From a virus (lineage: Duplodnaviria; Caudoviricetes): 64,000 bases of DNA. Below, one piece after another: positions 52,838 to 60,669 of this stretch. The translations under genes were made by a program, and so were the position numbers. The stretch covers positions 1 to 64,000 of the IMG/VR virus record IMGVR_UViG_3300033412_000476. One strand, given 5' to 3'. How positions within the stretch are numbered: position 1 is the first letter of the stretch; every line of letters begins with the position of its first letter. The notes beneath the pieces are model-generated. The model was not told the DNA's origin and searched no databases. It saw nothing but the letters and a program-made list of their open reading frames with translations.

Positions 52838-53971
52838 TTAGCCCTCGATCGTTGCAAAGCCGTTGAACGAAACGCCGATGTGATAGACCGGCGTCTCATC
52901 GGTCGGCACGGCGTCCATTTCGAGCTCGACGCTCAGCTGACCATCCGGCGGGAGCGTGATCGGTTCCGGCAGATCCATCACGAGCGCGGGCGTGATGGCG
53001 TCGAACACCAGCGCGAGCGGCGCACCGGGCCGCCACCAGTAGGTTTGCGAGCCGGTGCCGATCGTGCGAATGCGCGTGCCGGTGCGGAGCGCGAGCGGTG
53101 ACGGCCTTGCGCTCGCGCCAAACTGGGCGACGAGCCGCTGATCGTAAAGCCGCTGATCGATCGCAACGCGCAGGTCCGTGATCATCGAGCTGCCGTCGCG
53201 CGCGTCGTTCTGCCCAATGAAGCTGTTAGGGTTGCTGCTGCTACCGCTCGGAAAGCGCGAGAGTGGCGGCCACCAGCTGTCCGAGGTCGGAATGACGACC
53301 GGCGTACCGACACCGTAGCCGTCCGGCGGGTAGGGCCAACGCTCTTCCGGATTGAACTCGGTGATGTTTCCGGTGAACGGAAACAGATTTCGCAGGCACT
53401 GCCGCGCCGATCCGGGCCACAGACCGCCCTGCTGCTGATAGAGCATCCACGCGGTCGCGAGCGCGTCTTCAGCAACGCCGCTCACCCCTACGCCGGGGAA
53501 CGGCGTGTGCGCGGACAAGTCCCACTCGAGCGAGCCTTGCTTGGGCACGATGAGCGGGTTGTCGAGCCGCAGCATCGACTGACCCCACATCGAGCTCGGC
53601 AAGTACGTCGCCACCTCGCCCGCATCGCCCGCGATCAGATCGTTGGGCGGCTGCGCGGTCGGTTTTGGCGCCATCGACGCGCAGTCGATGAACTTGCGAT
53701 CGTTCCAGTGAAACTGCTGCGGCGAGCTGATCTTCAGCCGCGCGCGATTGAGTACTGCGGAGGTCTCGTTGTAGCCGACGCCAGAAACGTCGGTCGGCGT
53801 CCCCTGCAGCAAGTAGTTGACCGCGCAGAGCGCGATGCGCTTGAGCGTGATCGGGTGGCGCTCGCCGTTGTAGAAGTGCCGGCGCGGGAGCTCGAGCTGC
53901 ACAGGCGCCGCGTGTGCGTCCACGTTCGCGATGGACCAAAGCGAGCGCGGCTCGTAGTAAAGGCCGGCCAT
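52838..53971 (-). CDS. Double jelly-roll-like capsid protein candidate B (paralogue of A)
   Basis: FYNGERHPITLKRI, ITDLRV.ID, RIRTIGTGSQTYWW, VSFNGF align to A. Confidence 0.55.
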   Translation of the reverse strand: MAGLYYEPRSLWSIANVDAHAAPVQLELPRRHFYNGERHPITLKRIALCAVNYLLQGTPTDVSGVGYNETSAVLNRARLKISSPQQFHWNDRKFIDCASMAPKPTAQPPNDLIAGDAGEVATYLPSSMWGQSMLRLDNPLIVPKQGSLEWDLSAHTPFPGVGVSGVAEDALATAWMLYQQQGGLWPGSARQCLRNLFPFTGNITEFNPEERWPYPPDGYGVGTPVVIPTSDSWWPPLSRFPSGSSSNPNSFIGQNDARDGSSMITDLRVAIDQRLYDQRLVAQFGASARPSPLALRTGTRIRTIGTGSQTYWWRPGAPLALVFDAITPALVMDLPEPITLPPDGQLSVELEMDAVPTDETPVYHIGVSFNGFATIEG

Positions 53972-54108
53972 TAGAGGATCTCCGCGGGGCCGATGACGAC
54001 CTGCGTCGTGTACGTCGGCTGTCTCGGCCGCTTCAGCCACAAGATCCACACCGAGCCGGCGATGAAGCCGACCAGCGCGAAACCGAGCTGCTGCGTTTGC
54101 TTGCGCAT
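53971..54108 (-). CDS. 45-aa single-TM protein
   Basis: MRKQTQQLGFALVGFIAGSVWILWLKRPR...; coupled at both ends. Confidence 0.55.
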   Translation of the reverse strand: MRKQTQQLGFALVGFIAGSVWILWLKRPRQPTYTTQVVIGPAEIL

Positions 54109-54443
54109 CAGGCCGTCACATCCAACTGCAAGCCCTTCTTGCCTGCGTCGACGATGATCGCGTCGATCTCCTCGCCGTTCAGGAAGTGCCCGTGGTACGC
54201 CTCGAGCACACCGCCGCTGCGATCGGCGACGAATGCGCCGACGAAGTCGATGCCGCCCATCTGCGCTGCGGCGTAGGCCATGGCGCTCTTCTTGGTGAAG
54301 AACCAGCGCGAGGGCGTGCGCGCGTAGCCGTCGCTGGTCGTGGTCACGTTGTAGACCTGGAAGCTGTGGCTGGCGAACCACGCGCCGACTGCAGCCGCAA
54401 CAGCTACGGCGCCGGCCACGAGCACTTTCGGATTCGCCTTCAT
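54108..54443 (-). CDS. N-terminal TM protein
   Basis: GGAGG RBS; VLVAGAVAVAAAVGAWF. Confidence 0.6.
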   Translation of the reverse strand: MKANPKVLVAGAVAVAAAVGAWFASHSFQVYNVTTTSDGYARTPSRWFFTKKSAMAYAAAQMGGIDFVGAFVADRSGGVLEAYHGHFLNGEEIDAIIVDAGKKGLQLDVTA

Positions 54444-54466
54444 CTCACCCGACCTCCAGAAAGGCC

Positions 54467-54507
54467 AACGCCCCTGCGATACCCTGGGAGGATACCGTAG
54501 GGGCGTC
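54467..54507 (-). terminator. Long stem-loop after the three capsid paralogues
   Basis: ACGCCCCT/AGGGGCGT outer stem extended by a wobble-containing inner stem; no U-tract. Confidence 0.4.
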
Positions 54508-54535
54508 CGCCCACCAAGGACCCAACGCTCGCGCG

Positions 54536-55255
54536 CTACGCGACCGGACGGCGCTTCAGACCGTCGAGGTAGATGCGCATGCGCCAGTCCTGATCGACCA
54601 GGAGAGCACCCGCGGGCGTGCGGAAGCGAACCTTGATCGTCCGATCGCTCGAGATGAGGATCGGCATGTTGAGCAGGCGCTGGTTCTTCTTCGGCCCGAG
54701 CTCGCCGCCCGTGCCGTAGTTCAGGTTCAGCGACGTCGCGCCGCCGTTGGCGATGGTCAGCGCGTCACCGCTGCCCGTCGCGTAGGCGCCCACGCCCTGC
54801 CCGACGTACGCCAGCGGAGACTGGAACATCGGCTTGCTGATGTTGCTGCCGACCATCAGCTCGAGCAGCGCTTGCTGCTTCATCAGCGCGTGGTTGGTGC
54901 CGCTGAAGATCGGTGCCACCGCTTCGTCGTCGTTGGGCGGGTTGGTGTACACCGAGTCTTGGTTGTTGCTGCCTTCGATCGCGAACAGCTCGTAAGTCAC
55001 GCTGAAGACGATCGCCGCTTCGTCGTGGTTGAGCTTGCTCTTGACCACCTGGTTGGTGTCGGCCTGCGTCGCCATGCGTCGCCCGGTCGAGATCTGACCG
55101 GCCTGCGGCACCTGGCCGCCGACGACGTATGAGAACGCGTACAGGTCGACCTGTGCGCCAGCTGCGCCTTCGATGGTCGAGAACAGCGGCCAGTGCAGCC
55201 ACTCCTCGATCCGGAAGACCGAGCCGTCGGGCATCTTGAAGGTATCGATCGCCAT
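54536..55255 (-). CDS. Single jelly-roll major capsid protein candidate 3
   Basis: MPDG...EW..PLFST, DTN....L..., P.....V.F, RIYLDG.KRRP; AAGGAG RBS. Confidence 0.6.
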   Translation of the reverse strand: MAIDTFKMPDGSVFRIEEWLHWPLFSTIEGAAGAQVDLYAFSYVVGGQVPQAGQISTGRRMATQADTNQVVKSKLNHDEAAIVFSVTYELFAIEGSNNQDSVYTNPPNDDEAVAPIFSGTNHALMKQQALLELMVGSNISKPMFQSPLAYVGQGVGAYATGSGDALTIANGGATSLNLNYGTGGELGPKKNQRLLNMPILISSDRTIKVRFRTPAGALLVDQDWRMRIYLDGLKRRPVA

Positions 55256-55280
55256 GACCTGCTCCTTGTGCCTTTCGGCC

Positions 55281-55979
55281 TCACGCCACCGGACGGCGGC
55301 GTTCTCCATCGAGGTAGGTGCGCAGGCGAATGCGCGAGTTGGTGGCCAAGTTCAGGTTCGTCACCTGACCCGGGCCCGGAAGGAAGACGATGCCGAAGGC
55401 TTCGCCGCCCGCGATCTGCAGCGGCGAGGCGAGCTCGCGCGTTGCTTCCGTCGCGGGGTAGCCGTTGTTCGCGGGCACCTCGCCGTTGCCACCCGCGCCG
55501 CTCACCTGCGAGCGACCACCGCTGATCGTGTAGAAGATGCCCGTACCCGACGGCCAGTACGACAGCGGCGAGTTGGTGTACTGCTTGACGCCCGCGATGA
55601 CGAACTGCATCACGAGGTCACGCTGGATGCGGAGCATGTCCGGCAGCGGCACGCCCGGGGGATCGCAGTCGGGGAACCGGTCGACGCTCGCCGCCGGCCC
55701 GATCTTGGTCACCTCCACGCCGATGGCGCGGATGGTGATCTGCTCGTTCTCGGGCAGCTTGCCGCCCTCGCCCTGCAGATTGGTGTCGATGATGGTCGAC
55801 TGCCGCGGTCCCACGCTGCCGGGGACCACGCCGCCTTGACCGTACGAGAACGCGATGATGCCGCTGTTGAAGCTGCCCGCCGCGATCTCGACCGTGCTGT
55901 AGAGCGGCACGGCCATCGTCCACTCCCCGGGAATGACCACATTCCCGTTGGGGAGCCGAACCTTGTCGATTTGTGCCAT
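55281..55979 (-). CDS. Single jelly-roll major capsid protein candidate 2
   Basis: LPNG...EW...PLYSTVEI, DTNLQGEGGKLPENEQITIRAIGV, RTYLDG.RRRP. Confidence 0.62.
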   Translation of the reverse strand: MAQIDKVRLPNGNVVIPGEWTMAVPLYSTVEIAAGSFNSGIIAFSYGQGGVVPGSVGPRQSTIIDTNLQGEGGKLPENEQITIRAIGVEVTKIGPAASVDRFPDCDPPGVPLPDMLRIQRDLVMQFVIAGVKQYTNSPLSYWPSGTGIFYTISGGRSQVSGAGGNGEVPANNGYPATEATRELASPLQIAGGEAFGIVFLPGPGQVTNLNLATNSRIRLRTYLDGERRRPVA

Positions 55980-56009
55980 GGGATTGCTCCTGTGCCCTTC
56001 GCCTTCGGT

Positions 56010-56756
56010 TCAGCTCGTGGGCCGCTTGTAGAGGCCGTCGAGGTAGACGCGAACGCGTGCGAAGCGCGCGTCGTCGATGCCGCCCTCCTCGCCGCCTTCG
56101 ATGCCCAGCTCACCGAGCTCGATGCCCTGCCCGGTGCCGTCGTCGGAGTAGTTCAGCAGCAAGCGGAACTTCTCCTGACCACCGATGTGCTGCGGGACCA
56201 CGTTGGTCCGCACGGCCTGTTGCGACGGCAGGCCCGCGAAACCGTAGTTCGCGATCGTGCCCTCTGCGCTCGGTGCGAGCATGCCCGCGCCGAAGTTGTA
56301 GTAGCCGAAGCCCGCCATCGCGTACTTCTTCTGGCTGATCTCGAGCGTCATCAGCAGACGTAGCGCCATGACGCTGAGCATCAGCGGCGTCGGCGCAGGT
56401 TCACCGTTGCTGAGCGCCGCAGGCGCGCTGAAGTCCGGCGCGTCCTCGTCCGTGACGTGCCGACGGAACACCTCGGGGCGGATGGCGTAGACCATCAGCT
56501 CTTCGGTGTCGGCCATGGCGCCGGGGTTGGCCATGTTGGTGTCGAGCTCCGTCGCCGTCCGCTGGTTGGCGATGGCCACCGGCGCAAACGCCGGAACCGG
56601 ATCGCCCGCGGTGTACTGGAACAGCGACATCTCCTGAGTGTTGGTGCCGCTCAGGATCTCGACGGTCGAGAACTGCGGACGATCAGTCCAGTCGACGAAC
56701 GCGATCACGCGCCCGTCGGCCAGCTTGATCTCCACGATCTGCGAGTTGTCACCCAT
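56010..56756 (-). CDS. Single jelly-roll major capsid protein candidate 1
   Basis: LADG...DW..PQFSTVEI, DTNM..PG.M...EL.VYAI, RVYLDG..KRP. Confidence 0.62.
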   Translation of the reverse strand: MGDNSQIVEIKLADGRVIAFVDWTDRPQFSTVEILSGTNTQEMSLFQYTAGDPVPAFAPVAIANQRTATELDTNMANPGAMADTEELMVYAIRPEVFRRHVTDEDAPDFSAPAALSNGEPAPTPLMLSVMALRLLMTLEISQKKYAMAGFGYYNFGAGMLAPSAEGTIANYGFAGLPSQQAVRTNVVPQHIGGQEKFRLLLNYSDDGTGQGIELGELGIEGGEEGGIDDARFARVRVYLDGLYKRPTS

Positions 56757-56784
56757 GGTGGTCTCCGTGTGGGGTGTCCGCGCT

Positions 56785-57354
56785 TCAGCGCATCCGGAAC
56801 GTCGGGGTACCGAACGCGCCCGGAATGACCGCGCTCAGGCCGCTGAGGTTGACGGACTCACCGCCGCCCGGGCCGTAGCTGCCAGCGGCTGCCGGCTGCA
56901 TCACGACTGCGCCCATACCTCGGCGCGCGCCGTTCATCTGCTGCGCGACGATGGCGCCCATGCCGCGAATGCCGCTGGTGCCAGCAGGCATCATCGACAT
57001 GCCGCTCATCATCGCGGGCAGCTTGGTCGCTGCGAACGCGATCGCGGAACCGGCCGCGGCTGCGATGCCGGCGGGCTTGCTCGTGGTGACCCACAAGATC
57101 CCGCTGACCAGCAGACCGAGAACGAGTCCGACTGCGTCGGCGTTGTTGACGACCGGCGCGTTCTCCGCGGTCGGTGCAACGAGTTGCTTGACCCCGACCG
57201 CACCGAGAATCGTCGTGGCGCCGCCGAGTGCCGCAGGTCCGAAAGCACCGAGAGTGCTCGACGGATTGCTGAGCCGCTCGGCGCCGCTCAGGCGCTTGAC
57301 GGTGATGATCGAACCAAGGCGGCGACGCCGCCGTCCGTGCCTTCTCCGTGCCAT
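56785..57354 (-). CDS. Virion membrane protein with Arg-rich N-terminus
   Basis: MARRRHGRRRRRLGS; three hydrophobic segments; IRGMGA, RRGMGA, LSGLS motifs. Confidence 0.68.
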   Translation of the reverse strand: MARRRHGRRRRRLGSIITVKRLSGAERLSNPSSTLGAFGPAALGGATTILGAVGVKQLVAPTAENAPVVNNADAVGLVLGLLVSGILWVTTSKPAGIAAAAGSAIAFAATKLPAMMSGMSMMPAGTSGIRGMGAIVAQQMNGARRGMGAVVMQPAAAGSYGPGGGESVNLSGLSAVIPGAFGTPTFRMR

Positions 57355-57435
57355 CGTCACATCTCCTATACGCAGCCCGCTCCGGTTTTTTCCGGACAAA
57401 CTACGTTCGTGCGTTTCTTTTCCGGCGGCGTTGCC

Positions 57436-57708
57436 TTACGCGCCCTTGACCCTGCGAACGCGGATGCGTGCGCGACAGCCCTTGCGAAGCACGGCCGCCG
57501 CATGCTTGGCCGCGCGCTTGTTGGTGTGACACGTCTGCTTGGCAGCCGACTTGCCCTTGCCCTTGAACACGCACCAGCGGTGCTTGCGCCGACCACGGCT
57601 GCCGGCGCGGCCGGGCTTGGTGTAAGACGCGCACACGCGCATCTTCTTGGCCGGTCCGTACTTCTGTAGGACCGTGATCGTCTTCTTGCGTTTGCACCTG
57701 CGAGCCAT
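57436..57708 (-). CDS. Cys/Lys/Arg-rich core protein candidate
   Basis: GGAGG RBS; MARRCKRKK...KHRWCVFK...CRARIRVRR. Confidence 0.65.
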   Translation of the reverse strand: MARRCKRKKTITVLQKYGPAKKMRVCASYTKPGRAGSRGRRKHRWCVFKGKGKSAAKQTCHTNKRAAKHAAAVLRKGCRARIRVRRVKGA

Positions 57709-58133
57709 CAGCGCCTCCGTCGTCCTTTGCGGCGGTGGGTCCAGACCCAAGCGCCGATTGCCGTCGCAGCCAGTCCCACACCCACGGCCCAACCAAAGCC
57801 GCGAAGTTGAACGAGCTCGCCCGCGTGTTGGCGGTCCTTGCTCGTCCGATTGAGCACGTCATGCAGCTTCGCGTTCAGCGTGTCGGCTCGCTGGCGCCAC
57901 GCACTGAGCGACGGCGCGTCACCAGGCAGCGTGATCGTGTCGCTCTTCAAGAGCGAGATCTGCTGCGCGAGTGAGTCGAGCTCGTTTTTGTAGCCGACGA
58001 CGTCGACGCCCTGGTCGAGCAGAATCGACAGATTCTGCACGGCCTGGATGTGCAAATCCTCGAGCCCCGCGACCGTTTCGTTGAGATCAGTCTGCGCGGT
58101 TGCGTCGAGAACGCCGATGGCGTGAGAAAGCAT
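57708..58133 (-). CDS. Tail-anchored helical-bundle protein
   Basis: LRGFG, then TM, then HRRKGRRRR. Confidence 0.65.
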   Translation of the reverse strand: MLSHAIGVLDATAQTDLNETVAGLEDLHIQAVQNLSILLDQGVDVVGYKNELDSLAQQISLLKSDTITLPGDAPSLSAWRQRADTLNAKLHDVLNRTSKDRQHAGELVQLRGFGWAVGVGLAATAIGAWVWTHRRKGRRRR

Positions 58134-58138
58134 CGCTG

Positions 58139-58942
58139 CTACCTGCGCCTTCGCTTGCCGCGGTTGATCCACCAGACGATCGTACCGCCGAGCCCGACGA
58201 CGCCGAGCCCGACCGCGAGCAGCGGTACACGACTGGCGACGCGGGTACCGACGACGTGGATGTCCTCGCCGGTGAAATCTGTTTGCGTCTCGAGCGGCGC
58301 GAGCTCTTGATCGGTCAGGTGCTGAATCGGCGTGCTGGGGTCCGGCGCGTTGAGCACATCCGCCACCGGCGCAGCGATGCCGCCTGGCACCGTCGACATG
58401 GTCGTCGAGATCACCTGCGGCGGCCCTACAGGCGTTCCGGTCGGCGTGTTGACCGGCACGGTGTTGCGGATGACCGAGCCGCTGCTGTTGATGACAGCCT
58501 GCGCGTCGGCCGCGTCCGAGCCGTCGCCTGGAATGGGCAGCGGCTCGTTCAGGACGCTCGTCACCGGCGCAGCGCTCGGCGGAGTCAGCGCATCGATGCC
58601 GTCCTTGTTCTGCGCGGCCCACACGGGCATCGCGCTCGCCTTGCTTGGCGGCACGGAGATGCCGGCGGCGCCACAGATGATCGTGCACAGCGCGGACGAA
58701 GTGTTGGGTCCGTACTTGCCGTCTTCCACCAGCTTGACCCAGCGCCGGCTGCTGCCGAGCTTCTTGAGCAAGCTGCTGATGATCGGCCCGTTCGCGTTCC
58801 ATGCCTGCTGGTACGCGAGGACATCGGGGCTCGCCGCGCTGCTGCCAGTCACGGCGAGCGCCCGAATCATGCGCTGAGCAAAGCCCCGCATCTGAACGAC
58901 CATGTCGTTCTCGTGCGGAGCGATTTGTACCGCGGCGGCCAT
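58139..58942 (-). CDS. Tail-anchored protein with PG_binding_1-like N-terminal domain
   Basis: VLAYQQAWN...LVEDGKYGPNTSSAL; Pro-rich linker; TM plus RGKRRRR. Confidence 0.65.
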   Translation of the reverse strand: MAAAVQIAPHENDMVVQMRGFAQRMIRALAVTGSSAASPDVLAYQQAWNANGPIISSLLKKLGSSRRWVKLVEDGKYGPNTSSALCTIICGAAGISVPPSKASAMPVWAAQNKDGIDALTPPSAAPVTSVLNEPLPIPGDGSDAADAQAVINSSGSVIRNTVPVNTPTGTPVGPPQVISTTMSTVPGGIAAPVADVLNAPDPSTPIQHLTDQELAPLETQTDFTGEDIHVVGTRVASRVPLLAVGLGVVGLGGTIVWWINRGKRRRR

Positions 58943-58981
58943 GGAGTGACTCCTTGTCGGAGTCAGCGCGTCAGGCGCTGA

Positions 58982-59134
58982 CTACCGCTTGGCACGCTTG
59001 AGGCACTTGTTACGACGACCACGCTTCAGGCACGCCGTCTTGCGACGACCACCGCCGCTGCGCTTGCCGCGGCGCTTGCCACCACCCGACCCGCACTTGC
59101 GGAAACGACCCTTGGCAGTTCTGCATCGACGCAT
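58982..59134 (-). CDS. 50-aa protamine-like protein (absent from ORF track)
   Basis: GAGGAG RBS; MRRCRTAKGRFRKCGSGGGKRRGKRSGGGRRKTACLKRGRRNKCLKRAKR*. Confidence 0.65.
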   Translation of the reverse strand: MRRCRTAKGRFRKCGSGGGKRRGKRSGGGRRKTACLKRGRRNKCLKRAKR

Positions 59135-59137
59135 GAT

Positions 59138-59287
59138 TCAGCTCCTCTTTCGGCGACAAACGAACTTGCGGCAAACCCGTTTGCCGCGGACTCTGCGGTA
59201 CCCGCCCTTGCAGATGGCGCGGGAGCCTCGCGGACAGCGCCTGCAGCGCTTCGCATGCTTACTCGTCCCGCAGAGACCACTCGCCAT
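59138..59287 (-). CDS. 49-aa Cys/Arg-rich protein
   Basis: MASGLCGTSKHAKRCRRCPRGSRAICKGGYRRVRGKRVCRKFVCRRKRS. Confidence 0.62.
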   Translation of the reverse strand: MASGLCGTSKHAKRCRRCPRGSRAICKGGYRRVRGKRVCRKFVCRRKRS

Positions 59288-59301
59288 CTCGCACCTTCCC
59301 T

Positions 59302-59913
59302 TCAACGCTTTCGACAGACGAACTTTTTGCAGACCTTGCGGCCCTTGATCTTGCGATAGCCGCCGGTGCACACCGCGCGACCGCCGTTCTTGCACTTGCG
59401 CTTGCAGACGACCTTGCGGTTGCCCGCGCTTCGAGCGCCCGCGCGCGTGTTCGAAGTGAGCACGCCGTGCTTGTCCCAGCAGAGCTTGCGCCGAACGGTC
59501 TTGCCGCTCTTGAGCGTCATCTTGACGTTCTTGCAGCGCGCAGTGCGGCCGGGCTTGCGCGAGACGCCTTTGCGACGCGGCTTCTCTTCGACGGTATCGG
59601 AGAAGAGCTCGAGCTGCGCGCCTTCACGCACGCCCGCGCCCATCAAACGCGCGGCGCCAGCATCGCGAGCGCGAACGACGCTCCACTTGACGACGTCGTA
59701 GCGATCGAGACCGAGATCGTTTGCGAGCACACGCGCCGCGCGCTCGGGGCGTTCGCCTGGACCAAGCTCCGCGGCGTGCTTGTCGCCGTAGCGATCCTGC
59801 ACGACAACGAAACGGCTCTTCGCGGCGGCTTCACCGAAGCCGTAGCCGGCGGGCGCGGCCGGTAGACCACGGAAGCCGTACGGAACGAACCCATATGCGG
59901 GCTGTAGTGCCAT
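59302..59913 (-). CDS. Protein with C-terminal Cys/Lys/Arg modules
   Basis: C-terminus VCTGGYRKIKGRKVCKKFVCRKR is paralogous to 59138-59287. Confidence 0.65.
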   Translation of the reverse strand: MALQPAYGFVPYGFRGLPAAPAGYGFGEAAAKSRFVVVQDRYGDKHAAELGPGERPERAARVLANDLGLDRYDVVKWSVVRARDAGAARLMGAGVREGAQLELFSDTVEEKPRRKGVSRKPGRTARCKNVKMTLKSGKTVRRKLCWDKHGVLTSNTRAGARSAGNRKVVCKRKCKNGGRAVCTGGYRKIKGRKVCKKFVCRKR

Positions 59914-59973
59914 CGTCGTTGGGAGCGGCACTGCAGTTGACTTTTGCCGAGTCAACTACAGTGCGATTGGAGT

Positions 59974-60660
59974 CTAGCGGTGTCGTCGCCGTTTCGTCAA
60001 CTTCAACATGCCTCGCTTGCGCGCGTAGGTGAGACCTACCGCGAAGAAGAACCCGATGCCGACGAGGCCACCGAGCTGCCGCAGGTAGCCTGAATCCGGA
60101 ACAGATTCGGGCGTGTCTGCGACGGAATCACCCGACGGCACCGTGACCGTTGGCGTCGGTCCACCGTACGGCGGCACGGTTGGCGTGGACGGCGTGGAAT
60201 ATGGCGGCGTGCTTTGCTGCGGAGGCGTCGTCGGCGTACTCGGCGTCGACGGCGTCTGTCTTGGTGCAGGGCACTGTTGTTCCACATAGCCCGCCCACTG
60301 TGCTGCGCCAGCAGCCGCGGTGGTCTTGCCCGCAGCGATGTTCTGGCAGATCTGATCGAAAACGTGTTTGTGCGCCGGGCTGTTGATGCAGGTCTTGACG
60401 TATGCCGGCGCCTGCGCGAGCAGCGAGCTCCACATCGAGTTGCAAGCGTTGGTCACTTCTGCGGTCGGTGACGTCGACGTCGTCGGTGCTGTCGTCTTCG
60501 GTGGAGTTGTCGTCTTGGGCGGCGTGATGACCTGTACATCACCTTGCGTCGGCGCGTAGTAGCCGCGGCTCCGCTGAAGCTCCGTCAGCGCAGGCTGCCG
60601 AATGTTCGTTGCAACCGCGGTGGCTGGCGTCGACGCGCCCAAGCGAACAACGACGTGCAT
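59974..60660 (-). CDS. Tail-anchored protein with Cys-helical domain and Pro/Thr linkers
   Basis: C...W......QIC...G...W.GY.E domain; TM plus KRRRHR. Confidence 0.65.
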   Translation of the reverse strand: MHVVVRLGASTPATAVATNIRQPALTELQRSRGYYAPTQGDVQVITPPKTTTPPKTTAPTTSTSPTAEVTNACNSMWSSLLAQAPAYVKTCINSPAHKHVFDQICQNIAAGKTTAAAGAAQWAGYVEQQCPAPRQTPSTPSTPTTPPQQSTPPYSTPSTPTVPPYGGPTPTVTVPSGDSVADTPESVPDSGYLRQLGGLVGIGFFFAVGLTYARKRGMLKLTKRRRHR

Positions 60661-60669
60661 GGCTGGCTC

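Noticed and set aside
57708-58802. 364-aa ORF as listed in the track
   Set aside because: The upstream two-thirds overlaps the 58139-58942 gene in another frame; the real gene likely starts at ATG 58133
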